The translations under genes were made by a program, and so were the position numbers. From an uncultured bacterium (GTDB lineage Bacteria; Chloroflexota; UBA5177; JANWHV01): a DNA stretch of 64,000 nucleotides. This document shows, in pieces, positions 41,336 through 52,311 of the stretch; within the stretch, counting starts at the first letter, position 1; each line of letters begins with the position of its first letter. The DNA lies in assembly GCA_963729625.1 (NCBI GenBank), contig CAVSOU010000009.1, positions 88,581 through 152,580 of the forward strand, written 5' to 3'. Under the pieces are notes generated by a model, which was not told the DNA's origin, ran no database searches, and saw nothing but the letters and a program-made list of their open reading frames with translations.

Positions 41336-43795
41336 ATGACCAAGTCGCTGATTATCGAACCCGAGAAGGCTTTCGCAAAGGATGCCATTCATCTGTGCGA
41401 TATTCCTGTCAATGCATACCAGAAGAGTGTGAAGGACGAGCTCACGCGCTTTACGCCGGAGGACTTCCTGGACATCTGGCGGGACATGTGCGCCATCCGG
41501 GAATTCGAGACGATTCTCAATGAGATCAAGATCAAAGGTGTCTACCGGGGCATCACCTACAATCACGCGGGGCCGGCTCACCTCTCCATCGGGCAGGAGG
41601 CGTCGGCGGTCGGCATGGCGTTCACCTTGACGCCGGATGACCACATCTACGGATCGCACCGCAGCCACGGCGAGATCCTTGCCAAGGGATTCTCCGCCAT
41701 CCGCCGGTTCAGTAGCGACCAGCTGCTCGCGATCATGCGCTCCTACCGTGACGGAGCCATTCTGGCGCCGGTCGAGAAGCGATACAGCGGGTCGGTCCGG
41801 GACCTGGCGTTCAGATTCTTCGTCTATGGCGCGTACAGTGAGATTTTCGCGCGAGAGACCGGCTTCAACCGTGGCCTGGGCGGCTCGATGCACGCGTTCT
41901 TTGCGCCGTTTGGCATCTACCCGAACAACGCCATCGTCGGCGGATCCGGATCCATTGCCCCGGGAGCCGCGCTCTACAAGCGAGTTAACCGGAAGCCGGG
42001 TATCGTCGTGGCCAACATCGGCGATGCCTCATTTGGCTGCGGCCCCGTCTGGGAAGGCATCACGTTTGCCAGCATGGACCAATACAGGAAGCTGTGGGAC
42101 CAGTCGCTGGGCGGTGGCCTTCCGATCATCTTCAACTGTATGGACAACTTCTACGGGATGGGCGGCCAGCCCAACGGTGAGACGATGGGCTGCCAATTCA
42201 TCGCGCGGCTCGGCGCCGGAGTCAATCCCGAGCAGATGCACGCGGAACGGGTCAACGGCTACGACCCACTCGCGGTAATCGACGCCTTTCTGCGCAAGAA
42301 GCAAACGCTCCAAGAGGGTCTGGGCCCTGTGCTGCTTGACACCATCACGTACCGGATCAGCGGGCACTCACCGTCGGACGCCTCGAGCTACCGGTCGAAG
42401 GAAGAGGTCGAGCACTGGCAGGCCGCAGACTCACTGCGCTCGTACCATGAGCGCATGGTCGAGAGCGGCGTGCTGAGCGCCGATGTTCTGGACGCGGCAC
42501 AGCGTGATGTCCAGGAGGCGGTGTTCTCCATGTTCGAGCTGGCAGTGGATCTTGAAGCCAGCCCGCGCGTGCAGATGAGCTCCGAGCTGGTGGGAAGCGT
42601 CATGTTCTCGAACCGGCGAGTAGACCGGTTCGACGATCGCGAGCCGGAGTTCCTGCAGGATCTCGCGGAGAATCCCCGCGTACAGCAGATACGCGGCAAG
42701 GTGCGCACTGCCTTCCAGGAAGGCAAGCCGGTGCCGAAGATGAAGATGTTCAACATTCGGGACGGCATCTTCGAGGCCATGCTGCACCGCTTTGCCATCG
42801 ATCCGACGATGGTCGCATTCGGCGAGGAGAACCGGGATTGGGGCGGTGCGTTCGCCGTGTACCGCGGGCTGACTGAAGCCCTCCCGTACCACCGGCTGTT
42901 CAACTCTCCGATATCGGAAGCGGCAATCGTGGGCGCCGCCGTGGGGTACGGAATGGAAGGTGGCCGCGTCGTCGCCGAGCTCATGTACGCCGACTTCATG
43001 GGTCGGGCAGGCGATGAGATCTTCAATCAGCTGTCGAAGTGGCAGTCGATGTCGGCCGGAATGCTGAACATGCCTGTGGTGCTGCGCATATCCGTCGGCG
43101 CCAAGTATGGAGCCCAGCACTCGCAGGACTTCACGGCGCTCGCGGCCCACATCCCAGGCCTCAAGGTCGTGTACCCGGTGACTCCCTACGACGCCAAGGG
43201 CATGATGAACGCCGCGCTTGCAGGCACCGACCCGGTCGTCTTCTTCGAAAGCCAGAAACTCTATGATTTCGGCGAGATGTTTGAGGCCGATGGCGTTCCT
43301 GTCGGCTACTATGAAATCGACCTGTCCGAGCCTTCGGTCAAGCGCAAGGGGAAAGATCTGACGATCGTGACGCTCGGGCCGGCTCTGTATACGGCGACCG
43401 CCGCCGCCGACGACCTGGCTGCGAAATACGATCTCGCGGCGGAGATTGTCGACCTGCGCTCGGCCAACCCGCTGAACTACGATGTGCTGGCGGAGTCGGT
43501 GCGGAAGACCGGCAAAGTTCTGCTGGTCTCCGATGCGGTGGAGCGTGGAAATGTCATGCAGAACGTAGCGTCGAACATCACGCAGCTTTGCTTCGACGAC
43601 CTCGACGCGCCGCCGGTGGTAGTGGGCTCTCGAAACTGGATCACTCCCGCGGCGGAGCTCGAAACGATGTTCTTCCCGCAGCCTGGGTGGCTGTTGGACG
43701 CCGTGCACGAGCAGATACTGCCTCTTAAGGGGCATCAGTCCGAGACCAACCGCACGCGAGGCGAACTGATGAGACGCGCGCGGCTCGGCGTGTGA
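41336..43795 (+). CDS. Fused E1 alpha/beta TPP-dependent dehydrogenase (acetoin/2-oxoacid dehydrogenase family)
   Basis: [21 protein letters not shown] motif, YRISGHS; beta part [22 protein letters not shown]. Confidence 0.93.
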   Translation: MTKSLIIEPEKAFAKDAIHLCDIPVNAYQKSVKDELTRFTPEDFLDIWRDMCAIREFETILNEIKIKGVYRGITYNHAGPAHLSIGQEASAVGMAFTLTPDDHIYGSHRSHGEILAKGFSAIRRFSSDQLLAIMRSYRDGAILAPVEKRYSGSVRDLAFRFFVYGAYSEIFARETGFNRGLGGSMHAFFAPFGIYPNNAIVGGSGSIAPGAALYKRVNRKPGIVVANIGDASFGCGPVWEGITFASMDQYRKLWDQSLGGGLPIIFNCMDNFYGMGGQPNGETMGCQFIARLGAGVNPEQMHAERVNGYDPLAVIDAFLRKKQTLQEGLGPVLLDTITYRISGHSPSDASSYRSKEEVEHWQAADSLRSYHERMVESGVLSADVLDAAQRDVQEAVFSMFELAVDLEASPRVQMSSELVGSVMFSNRRVDRFDDREPEFLQDLAENPRVQQIRGKVRTAFQEGKPVPKMKMFNIRDGIFEAMLHRFAIDPTMVAFGEENRDWGGAFAVYRGLTEALPYHRLFNSPISEAAIVGAAVGYGMEGGRVVAELMYADFMGRAGDEIFNQLSKWQSMSAGMLNMPVVLRISVGAKYGAQHSQDFTALAAHIPGLKVVYPVTPYDAKGMMNAALAGTDPVVFFESQKLYDFGEMFEADGVPVGYYEIDLSEPSVKRKGKDLTIVTLGPALYTATAAADDLAAKYDLAAEIVDLRSANPLNYDVLAESVRKTGKVLLVSDAVERGNVMQNVASNITQLCFDDLDAPPVVVGSRNWITPAAELETMFFPQPGWLLDAVHEQILPLKGHQSETNRTRGELMRRARLGV

Positions 43796-43796
43796 C

Positions 43797-44453
43797 GTGA
43801 TCGCTGCAGTCATCTTCGACATGGACGGCCTGCTGATCGACAGTGAACCGTTGTGGGAAGCGGCAGAGATGGTCATCTTCCCGTCTCTTGGCGTGCCGCT
43901 CACGCCCGCAATGAAGAAGGAAACCACTGGGCTGAGACCGGAGGAAATTGTCGACTATTGGTACTCGCGCTACCGGTGGACTGAGCCCTCGGTCGCCGTG
44001 GTGGCCGGGAGGCTTGTCGATCGGCTGGTCGAGCTCGTCAGGGAGCGAGGCGTCTTGCGCGAGGGCGTGCGCCAGGTGCTCGACATCTGCTCGCATGCCG
44101 GACTGCCGTTGGCCATCGCGTCCTCTTCACCGAAGGCGTTGATTCAGGCGGTACTGGCCAAGTTTGCCATTGCAGACTACTTCACTGTCGTGCAGTCGGC
44201 CGAGCTCGAGCCATATGGAAAGCCACACCCGGGAGTCTACATAACGACGGCTCGGAAGCTGGGCATACGACCAGAGCAATGTCTTGCGTTCGAGGACTCG
44301 CCGAACGGCGTTGTATCTGCGAAGGCGGCGAAGATGGCGTGCGTAGCGGTTCCCGATGAGGCTCTGAGAAGTCACCCAGCTTTCAGCATTGCCGACAAGG
44401 TGCTGGCCACGCTTGCGGACTTCGACGCTCACATGCTGATCGAACTGAGCTGA
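43797..44453 (+). CDS. hxpB: HAD-IA hexitol/2-deoxyglucose-6-phosphate phosphatase (HxpB/YniC-like)
   Basis: FDMDGLLIDSEPLW, GLR..VDYWY, KPHPGVY, EDSPNG; closely follows E. coli YniC as I recall it. Confidence 0.85.
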   Translation: MIAAVIFDMDGLLIDSEPLWEAAEMVIFPSLGVPLTPAMKKETTGLRPEEIVDYWYSRYRWTEPSVAVVAGRLVDRLVELVRERGVLREGVRQVLDICSHAGLPLAIASSSPKALIQAVLAKFAIADYFTVVQSAELEPYGKPHPGVYITTARKLGIRPEQCLAFEDSPNGVVSAKAAKMACVAVPDEALRSHPAFSIADKVLATLADFDAHMLIELS

Positions 44454-44476
44454 CCGGCCATTTAGCCGGTCAGCTC
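44447..44476 (+). terminator. 12-bp hairpin closing the plus-strand rha/dehydrogenase gene run
   Basis: GAGCTGACCGGC-CATTTA-GCCGGTCAGCTC. Confidence 0.65.
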
Positions 44477-44744
44477 CTTGACTTGTGGACAAGGGCGCAA
44501 TGCGCTGCACCATAGCACATCGCGCGTCGTCCGCCAAACGGACCCACCGTGCGGCCAGCAATCGCTTGTATCCCGCTGAGGCAGTCAGCGGCGTACGCAG
44601 CTCACGGCTGACCGATGGCTCTGACGAAGGGAGCGAGAGCTGCCGGGAAGCGTTCTCGCGCGAGCATCCCCGGCTCCAGCGGGACAGGCAACCCGGTCCG
44701 GGCCAGATCGGCAACAGGCGATGGGCGGGGCGCAGGGCGTGACG

Positions 44745-46301
44745 TTACCGTTGCTCCGCTGGGTACGCTGTGTCGACGAGTGAGTCGAGCGCCGCCATAT
44801 CGTCGAATATGCCCGCGGTCATCATCACGCTATAGAGCCGATCAAATAGCCGGAACATTGTGTCATAGAGCTCGCGATTGACGGTTGACGGCTCAACGAT
44901 GCGATCGACGCGCGCCATGTCGTGCACCTTGGAGAAGTCGCGCCAGAGACCGACGCCGATCCCGCCGGCTACCGCAGCACCCATTGACGTTGCCTCTTCG
45001 CGTATAGCAAGCACGTGGACCGGCAGCTGGAACACGTCCGAGAGAACCCTGCTCCAGAGCACGCTCTGCGCACCGCCCCCAATGGCTCGCAGGGCGGCGA
45101 TCGGAATTCCCTGACCTACCAGCGCCTCGAGGATCGCGCGAAGGTTAAAGGACACTCCTTCGAGCACGGCGCGCAAGAGATCGGCTCGCCGGTGTCGCAT
45201 GGTCAGACCGACGAAGGCCGCCCGCGCGTGCGGGTTCCAGCGCGGGCTCCGCTCGCCGAGCAGATAGGGCAGGAACAGGGCCCCTCGAGCCCCGGGAGGC
45301 GACTGTTCCGCCTCCCGGTTGAGTAGCTCGAACACGGGCTCGCCGGACTGTTCCGCGAGGATCTGGAGATCGCGGCCGAGTTGGTTTCGCGCCCACTGAT
45401 AGGAGGCGCCGCCCGCCTGCATCGCACCGCCGACGACAAACAGGCCGGGGACCAGGTGCGCCCAGGTTACCGTGCGCATCTCCGGATCCCACGTAGGCGC
45501 GGATGCAGCTGCCATGATCCACGACGACGAGCCGATATACGTATACGCGTCGCCGGGTTCAACCGCTCCGGCCCCCGCGGCGGCGCACGATCCGTCGCCA
45601 CCGCCGATCACCACCGGGGTGCCGACGCGCAGCCCTGTCTCCGCCGCCGCCCCACGATGGATCTCCCCGACTACCGTGGTCGAGGGGCAAATGGGCGGCA
45701 GTTTCTCTCTTGGCACGCCGAATGTCTCGAGCAGCTCAGGAGACCAGTCACCGCCGGCGATGTCGTTGAGATTGGTGCAGGATGCGTCGGACCGGTCGGT
45801 GGCAAAAACACCCGTGAGACGCGCCACCATTGCATCCTTCGCTTGCAGGTACGCCGCCGCGTCGGAGGCTACTGCGGGCTCGTGGATTTGTAGCCAACGC
45901 GCCTTCGCCGCCGTATACGACGCACTCAGTCGATGGCCGGACAGGTCGTACACGCGACGGGCGTCAATGTGGGCGATGAGATTGGCTGCACGATGATCCG
46001 CCCAGATGATCGCGTCGCGAATCGGCTTGCAGTTCCTGCCGACCGCGACCAACCCTTGCATCTGACCGCTGAAGCTAACACCAGCGATGTCGTGCGGCGT
46101 GACGGATGTCTCATGCAGCAGGCGGCGCGTGGTGCCGCAGAATGCCTCCCACCAGTCATTGGGGTCTTGTTCGGCCCATCCAGTATGCGGATAGCGCGTT
46201 TCGTACGCCGAGAATGCGGTCCCTCGCAACACCCCGTCCTCGTCATAGAGTGTTGCTTTATCTCCGGTGGTTCCCAGGTCATGGGCCAGAATGTACGGCA
46301 T
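44745..46301 (-). CDS. Xylulokinase-like FGGY carbohydrate kinase
   Basis: HDLGTTGDK, SGQMQG, IWADHR, GGGDG, LPYLLGERSP, VLEGV. Confidence 0.92.
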   Translation of the reverse strand: MPYILAHDLGTTGDKATLYDEDGVLRGTAFSAYETRYPHTGWAEQDPNDWWEAFCGTTRRLLHETSVTPHDIAGVSFSGQMQGLVAVGRNCKPIRDAIIWADHRAANLIAHIDARRVYDLSGHRLSASYTAAKARWLQIHEPAVASDAAAYLQAKDAMVARLTGVFATDRSDASCTNLNDIAGGDWSPELLETFGVPREKLPPICPSTTVVGEIHRGAAAETGLRVGTPVVIGGGDGSCAAAGAGAVEPGDAYTYIGSSSWIMAAASAPTWDPEMRTVTWAHLVPGLFVVGGAMQAGGASYQWARNQLGRDLQILAEQSGEPVFELLNREAEQSPPGARGALFLPYLLGERSPRWNPHARAAFVGLTMRHRRADLLRAVLEGVSFNLRAILEALVGQGIPIAALRAIGGGAQSVLWSRVLSDVFQLPVHVLAIREEATSMGAAVAGGIGVGLWRDFSKVHDMARVDRIVEPSTVNRELYDTMFRLFDRLYSVMMTAGIFDDMAALDSLVDTAYPAEQR

Positions 46302-46382
46302 ACTACGCCTCCACCTGCACCTGCGTCGTGAGAGACCTCTACAACGTGCCCGCCACCCCCGCTTGTGCCTCTTCCGCCGTAT

Positions 46383-47153
46383 CTAGGCGACGATGTCGGC
46401 CACTGATTCCACGATATGCGTGGGCCGGTACGGGAACGAATCGACAGACGCGCGCTTCGTCACGCCGGAAAGAACGAGTATGGTTTCCATGCCGCTTTCC
46501 AGGCCCGAGATGATATCCGTATCCATGTTGTCGCCGATCATTGCCGATTCTTCTGAATGAGCGTCGATCGCATTGAGGGCGATACGCATCATCAGAGGAT
46601 TCGGCTTGCCGATGAAGTACGGCCGGCGGCCAGTTGCAGCGGATATCAGCGCCGCTACCGCTCCGGTTGCCGGCACTGTTCCCGTCGTGCCTGGCCCAGC
46701 GACATCCGGGTTCGTGGCAACGAATTGTGCCCCGGCCGCTACGAGCTGTACTGCACGGGTGATTCGCTCGAAGGAGTACGAGTGGGTTTCGCCGACCACG
46801 ACATAGTCCGGCCGGCTGTCCACGAGCGTATAGCCAATATCGTGCAGCGCCGTGGTCAACCCAGATTCACCAAGTACGTACGCCGATCCGCGCGGGTGCT
46901 GCGAGTGCAGGAAGCGAGCGGTGGCCATGGCCGACGTGTAGATCGAGGTCTCCGGAACGTCCAGTCCGGCGCGGACGAGGCGGGCGCGGAGGTCGCGAGC
47001 AGTGTAGAGTGAATTGTTGGTGAGCACGAGATACGCTGCCTTCCGTGCCACGAGGCGCGCGAGAAACTCGGGAGCGCCGGGCACGACGAGATCGCCGGAG
47101 AGCAGCACGCCGTCCATGTCGATAAGGAAGTTCTTGAGATGCGACGCGTCCAT
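46383..47153 (-). CDS. HAD-IIA (NagD-like) phosphatase
   Basis: DMDGVL, LTNNS, ATNPD, GKPN, IGDNMDTDI. Confidence 0.92.
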   Translation of the reverse strand: MDASHLKNFLIDMDGVLLSGDLVVPGAPEFLARLVARKAAYLVLTNNSLYTARDLRARLVRAGLDVPETSIYTSAMATARFLHSQHPRGSAYVLGESGLTTALHDIGYTLVDSRPDYVVVGETHSYSFERITRAVQLVAAGAQFVATNPDVAGPGTTGTVPATGAVAALISAATGRRPYFIGKPNPLMMRIALNAIDAHSEESAMIGDNMDTDIISGLESGMETILVLSGVTKRASVDSFPYRPTHIVESVADIVA

Positions 47154-47373
47154 CGAACCCCCAGGGTTTACAGCTGAGGCGGAACACGCGCCCGCCCCTC
47201 CAAATCCTATGGCAACAATCGCTATGCAGCAGATACATCGTACCCGACAGTGCTTGGCTCCGAGAACCGCGGCAAGGCCGCTGCCACCAGCCAGACGAGC
47301 ACGATGTCCGGTCCCCAGTAAATCGCCCGTGGTCGCTCGCGGTTGCGATGCGCGAACGCCTGGGCGTCCATGA

Positions 47374-47435
47374 TTGACAGCGGGGCTTCGCAGGTTATAG
47401 ACTCGTCTTTGGCCACTGGTGCCGAAAACGTTTTC
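47374..47435 (+). promoter_or_regulatory. Promoter plus LacI-type operator
   Basis: TTGACA-18-TAGACT, then perfect palindrome GAAAACGTTTTC (47424-47435). Confidence 0.75.
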
Positions 47436-47464
47436 CAGCGTGAGCGAAACCGGCTTGACGAGCG

Positions 47465-48529
47465 ATGGCGAACATCTATGACGTGGCAAGGCAAGCGGGA
47501 GTCTCGATAGCCACCGTGTCGCGCGTCCTCAATGGCACGGCAAACGTTAACGTCGAGGCTGCGGAACGGGTTCGCTTGGCTGCGCAACGGCTTGAGTATC
47601 GTGCAAACAGTGCGGCTCGCGCCTTGCGGGTCAGCCGGACCAACATCATAGGGTTACTGATCACCGATATTCAGAATCCGTTCTTTACGGCGTTGGTACG
47701 TGGAGTCGAAGACGTGACGCAGCGCGAAGGCTACAGCCTCATCCTGTGCAACTCCGACGAGAATCCGCGGAAGGAGCGCCGCTACATCGAGGTGCTCTGC
47801 GCCGAACAGGTGGCGGGCGCCATCTGGGCGCCGACGCGGGAGCGGCAGCGCGCCGGGCAGCTGTTCCGCGCTCACAACATCCCTGTGGTCGCGGTCGATC
47901 GGCGCATTAGAGATCGGCTCATCGATGCCGTCCTGGTGGACAACGCTCGCGGGGCGCGTGAAGCGGTCGCTCACCTGATTGCTAATGGTTATAGACGCAT
48001 CGGGGTCGTCACCGGGCCGCAGAACACGACGACGGGGCGGGAGCGGCTAGAGGGCTATCGACAGGCATTGACGGAGGCCGGAATACACCCGGATCCGACT
48101 CTCGAGCAGGTCGGCGCCTTCAAGAACGAGACCGGCTTGCGACTTACGGCCAAGCTACTTGATGTAATGCCGCGAATCGACGCACTGTTCGTTACGAACA
48201 ACGTGATGGCGCTTGGCGCGCTCGAGGCGCTGGATGCTCGACGACTGCGATTCCCGGACGACGTCGCGGTCGTGGTGTTCGACGAGATGCCGTGGGCAGC
48301 CATCGGCGCCGTTTCTTTGACGACCGTGAGACAGCCGGTCTACGAGCTCGGCAGCACGGCTGCGCTCCGGCTTTTCCAGCGGCTTCGTCATGCAAACCTT
48401 GTCGCCAGGCAGGAGGTCGTTCTGCCGCCGACCCTGTGCGTTCGCGGATCCTCTGCGGCAGCGCACCTCGGATTGCGCGGTGACGCAGTCGGGCCGGCGC
48501 CGCACGTCGTCCAGCAAAGCTCAGCGTGA
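47465..48529 (+). CDS. LacI family transcriptional regulator
   Basis: NIYDVARQAGVSIATVSRVLN, NPFF, LTTVRQP. Confidence 0.95.
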   Translation: MANIYDVARQAGVSIATVSRVLNGTANVNVEAAERVRLAAQRLEYRANSAARALRVSRTNIIGLLITDIQNPFFTALVRGVEDVTQREGYSLILCNSDENPRKERRYIEVLCAEQVAGAIWAPTRERQRAGQLFRAHNIPVVAVDRRIRDRLIDAVLVDNARGAREAVAHLIANGYRRIGVVTGPQNTTTGRERLEGYRQALTEAGIHPDPTLEQVGAFKNETGLRLTAKLLDVMPRIDALFVTNNVMALGALEALDARRLRFPDDVAVVVFDEMPWAAIGAVSLTTVRQPVYELGSTAALRLFQRLRHANLVARQEVVLPPTLCVRGSSAAAHLGLRGDAVGPAPHVVQQSSA

Positions 48530-48596
48530 AAGGGCCGGCCAACCACAGCACGATCGTACCTAAGGCCCGTCGCTTACCTATAGAGAGGGAGGATCC

Positions 48597-50414
48597 ATGA
48601 CAACAGACCAGACCGACGCTGCTTCTCGTTCGTATCGCTACATCGGTGGCAAGCCGAAAGTCGGAATACGTCCGACAATCGACGGTCGGAGGCGAGGCGT
48701 GCGCGAGTCTCTGGAGGAGCCCACCATGGGCATGGCCCGCCAGGCGGCCCGGCTCATCAGCGACAGTTTACGCTATCCGAACGGCGAGGCAGTCGAGTGC
48801 GTCATAGCCGACACCTGCATCGGCGGCGTGGCCGAAGCCGCGCAGGCCGCCGACAAGTTCGCACGCGAGGGAGTGGGCGTGTCTCTCACGGTCTCTCCGT
48901 GCTGGTGTTACGGATCTGAGACCATGGACATGGATCCCCTGATTCCCAAGGCTGTCTGGGGATTCAATGGAACGGAACGACCAGGCGCCGTCTACCTGGC
49001 GGCGGTCCTGGCCGGGCACACGCAGAAGGGCCTGCCCGCCTTCGGCATCTATGGCAGAGATGTGCAGAGCCTCGGCGATGCCACAATCCCTGACGACGTG
49101 CGGGAGAAGATTCTCCGCTTTGTGCAGTCGGGCCTCGCCGTGGCCATCATGCGGGGCAAATCGTACCTTTCGCTGGGCAACGTCTCCATGGGCATTGCAG
49201 GCTCACGCGTGAGCCAGGAGTTCTTCGAGCAGTACCTCGGCATGCGCGTCGAGACCGTCGATATGGTCGAGCTGGCTCGGCGTGTTGAACGAGGGATCTT
49301 CGACGACGTCGAGTACCGTAGGGCCGCGGCTTGGGTGAAGGAGCATTGCCGCGAAGGCAAGGACTACAACGTGGAGTCCGATCGTCTGCCCGCGGCCGAA
49401 AACCGGCGCGCGTGGGAGTGGTCAATCAAGATGGCCATGATCGGCCGCGACCTGATGGTCGGCAACCCACGCCTGGCTGAGCTCGGCTACGGAGAAGAGG
49501 CGCTCGGGCACAACGCCATCGCGGCCGGCTTCCAGGGACAGCGCCAGTGGACGGACCATTTGCCTAACGGCGACTTCATGGAGGCAATGCTCTGTTCGTC
49601 GTTCGACTGGAACGGAATCCGGGAGCCCTTCATCATGGCAACCGAGAACGACAGTCTCAACGCGACTGCTATGCTCTTTGGCCACCTTTTGACCGGCACG
49701 GCACAGGTCTTTGCCGACGTGCGCACGTACTGGAGCCCCGCCGCGGTCAAGCAGGCCACCGGTTACGACCTGACCGGCGACGCCGCGGGCGGGCTGATTC
49801 ACCTGATCAACTCCGGCGCGGCGGCTCTCGACGGTTCCGGCATGCAAGATCTGGACGGACATCCGGCCATGAAGCCGTTCTGGAAGATTACTGACGCTGA
49901 TGTTCGTTCCTGTTTGAGCGCTACATCGTGGCACCCCGGCATGACCGAGTACTTCCGTGGCGGCGGCTACTCATCGAAGTTCGTCACGCGTGGCGGCATG
50001 CCGATCACCATGTCCCGGGTGAACCTCGTGCATGGCCTGGGGCCGGTCCTGCAGATCGCCGAAGGCAGCACGTTCGAGCTGCCCGATGGAGTGCAAGCCG
50101 CGATTGACGAGCGCACGAACGTCACCTGGCCGACCACCTGGTTCGTGCCGAGGCTGACCGGGGCCGGCGCCTTCAGGGACGTCTATTCGGTGATGAACGC
50201 GTGGGGTGCGAATCACGGCGCGTTCAGTTACGGTCACATCGGACCTGAGCTCATGACACTGGCGTCGATGCTGCGGATCCCGGTGTTCATGCACAACATC
50301 GACGAGCACCGGATCTTCCGTCCCAGCGCGTGGCACTCGTTCGGCACCGCGGATCTCGAGGGGGCAGACTTCCGCGCCTGTGGCAACTTCGGCCCGCTCT
50401 ATGGCAGAAAGTAG
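48597..50414 (+). CDS. fucI: L-fucose (D-arabinose) isomerase
   Basis: [62 protein letters not shown]. Confidence 0.97.
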   Translation: MTTDQTDAASRSYRYIGGKPKVGIRPTIDGRRRGVRESLEEPTMGMARQAARLISDSLRYPNGEAVECVIADTCIGGVAEAAQAADKFAREGVGVSLTVSPCWCYGSETMDMDPLIPKAVWGFNGTERPGAVYLAAVLAGHTQKGLPAFGIYGRDVQSLGDATIPDDVREKILRFVQSGLAVAIMRGKSYLSLGNVSMGIAGSRVSQEFFEQYLGMRVETVDMVELARRVERGIFDDVEYRRAAAWVKEHCREGKDYNVESDRLPAAENRRAWEWSIKMAMIGRDLMVGNPRLAELGYGEEALGHNAIAAGFQGQRQWTDHLPNGDFMEAMLCSSFDWNGIREPFIMATENDSLNATAMLFGHLLTGTAQVFADVRTYWSPAAVKQATGYDLTGDAAGGLIHLINSGAAALDGSGMQDLDGHPAMKPFWKITDADVRSCLSATSWHPGMTEYFRGGGYSSKFVTRGGMPITMSRVNLVHGLGPVLQIAEGSTFELPDGVQAAIDERTNVTWPTTWFVPRLTGAGAFRDVYSVMNAWGANHGAFSYGHIGPELMTLASMLRIPVFMHNIDEHRIFRPSAWHSFGTADLEGADFRACGNFGPLYGRK

Positions 50415-50486
50415 CGGACCTTCGCGGGCTCGACACGACACTTCGTGGCATCTCCCGATGAGCACCGACCGACAAGGAGAGAATCA

Positions 50487-51347
50487 ATGAAGCTTGGTAT
50501 CCATGCATATGCCTGGACGAATCACTGGGACAACAGCCAGCTTCCGCTTTTCGAGCGGGCCGCGTCATTTGGACTCGACCTTCTCGAGGTTCCACTGATG
50601 GCCATCGACGACATCGATCCGGCTGCTATCCGAGACGCCGCGCGCATGGCCGGGATACGCGTTGTAACCAGCACGACGCTGAGCCGCGCAACGGACATTA
50701 CGTCGGACGACCCGGCCGTGCGGAAGGCGGGTGTCACGTACCTCAGGCGCTGCATCGACGCTGCTAGCGCGATGGGCGCGGACCTCGTCAGCGGCGTCAT
50801 CTACGTTGAGCACGGCAAAAGGCCGGACGAGCGGCCAGACGAGACGACGTGGGCGCTCAGCGCGGATGCGCTGCGCGTCGCGGGCGAATATGCGCAAAGT
50901 GCAGGCATCTCTCTTGGCATTGAGCCTGTGAACCGCTACGAGAGCTGCCTGATCAATACGAGTGCCCAGGCAATCTCGATGGCTGAACGCGTTGGGCTGC
51001 CGAACGTGATGGTCCACCTTGACACCTATCACATGAACATTGAGGAAAAGGACTGGGTGCAGCCCGTACTGGCCGCGGGCAAGCGGCTCTGCCATATCCA
51101 TCTCTGCGAAAACGATCGAGGTATCCCGGGCACTGGGCTGGTGCGATGGGACGACTTGTTCGGAGCGTTGCACGACATCGATTACGACGGCTACGGCGCG
51201 ATGGAAAGCTTCTTCTCGGTGTCGGACGACATGCGCTCCGGCACATGTATCTGGCGGGATCTTGCCCCGGACGGCGACACATTGGTCAGAGAAGGACTGA
51301 GCTTTCTCAAGGCGATGCAGGCCAAGTACGCGCCTGCCCGCGTCTAG
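50487..51347 (+). CDS. D-psicose/D-tagatose/L-ribulose 3-epimerase family
   Basis: EPVNRYE, HLDTYHMNIEE, HLCENDRGIPGTG, ESF, IWRD. Confidence 0.88.
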   Translation: MKLGIHAYAWTNHWDNSQLPLFERAASFGLDLLEVPLMAIDDIDPAAIRDAARMAGIRVVTSTTLSRATDITSDDPAVRKAGVTYLRRCIDAASAMGADLVSGVIYVEHGKRPDERPDETTWALSADALRVAGEYAQSAGISLGIEPVNRYESCLINTSAQAISMAERVGLPNVMVHLDTYHMNIEEKDWVQPVLAAGKRLCHIHLCENDRGIPGTGLVRWDDLFGALHDIDYDGYGAMESFFSVSDDMRSGTCIWRDLAPDGDTLVREGLSFLKAMQAKYAPARV

Positions 51348-51394
51348 CGGCGGCGTCGCTCAGCGCTGTCGCGAAGCAGCTCAAGGAGGAGCGG

Positions 51395-52168
51395 ATGCTC
51401 TCGGAGTTTTCACTGAAGGATCGAGTGGCGGTTGTTACAGGCGGCGCGAGAGGACTTGGCCTGGAGATGATGGACGCGCTTGCCGAGGCAGGGGCGTCTG
51501 TCGTGGCAATCGACCTACTCGGCGACCAAGCGTGCTCGGCGGCTGAGGAGGTCGGCAAACGACACGGGGTGCGCTCGGCAGCGTGGGCCGCAGACGTGAC
51601 CAATTACGATCAGACTTTGGCGACGTTCGAAACGATCGAGAAGGAGTGCGGCCCGGTCGACATACTCGTTGCCTCCGCGGGAATCGTCATCGGCGAGGCA
51701 GCGGAAGAGTCCACGCCAGCCACATGGCGCAAGGTGATCGACGTCAACGTCAATGGCGTGTTCTTTGCCGCGCAGGCTGCCGGCCGGTCCATGCTGGCAC
51801 GAAAGCGCGGCAGCATCGTCTTGATTGCTTCAATGTCGGGCATGATTGTCAACACGCCCCAAAAACAGGCCTCCTACAACACGTCCAAGGGAGGGGTGAT
51901 CATGCTGGCGAAGAGCCTCGCCGCCGAATGGGCGCCTTACGGCGTGCGTGTCAATGCACTGTCTCCGGGCTACATGCGTACGGCGATCACCGATCAAGTT
52001 TTGGCCGGCAAGCCCGGCCTGCTTGAGACCTGGGAGCGCCTCATCCCACTTGGACGGATGGGCGAGCCGCGCGAGCTCCGCGGGGCCGTGGTGTTCCTGG
52101 CATCCGATGCCTCATCGTACGTGACCGGGCATTCGCTCGTAATCGACGGCGGTTACACCACGTGGTAG
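51395..52168 (+). CDS. SDR polyol/ketose oxidoreductase
   Basis: TGGARGLG, ASMSG, NTPQKQASYNTSK; AAGGAGG RBS. Confidence 0.92.
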   Translation: MLSEFSLKDRVAVVTGGARGLGLEMMDALAEAGASVVAIDLLGDQACSAAEEVGKRHGVRSAAWAADVTNYDQTLATFETIEKECGPVDILVASAGIVIGEAAEESTPATWRKVIDVNVNGVFFAAQAAGRSMLARKRGSIVLIASMSGMIVNTPQKQASYNTSKGGVIMLAKSLAAEWAPYGVRVNALSPGYMRTAITDQVLAGKPGLLETWERLIPLGRMGEPRELRGAVVFLASDASSYVTGHSLVIDGGYTTW

Positions 52169-52311
52169 CTGTTCCCGAACCGGTTGCGCGAAGAGCGGAG
52201 GTTCCTGTATTGAAATGATCGGATGAGGCTCTTCGGCGAACGTCGCCAGGCACGCGTGGAAAGACTCCGTTTGAAGGCTACTTAATCGGTACGAGTGTGA
52301 AAGGATCAGCA

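Noticed and set aside
38616-43795. Housekeeping pyruvate dehydrogenase
   Set aside because: Divergent fused E1, unusual gene order and tight embedding among sugar-phosphate enzymes; not excluded without the whole genome
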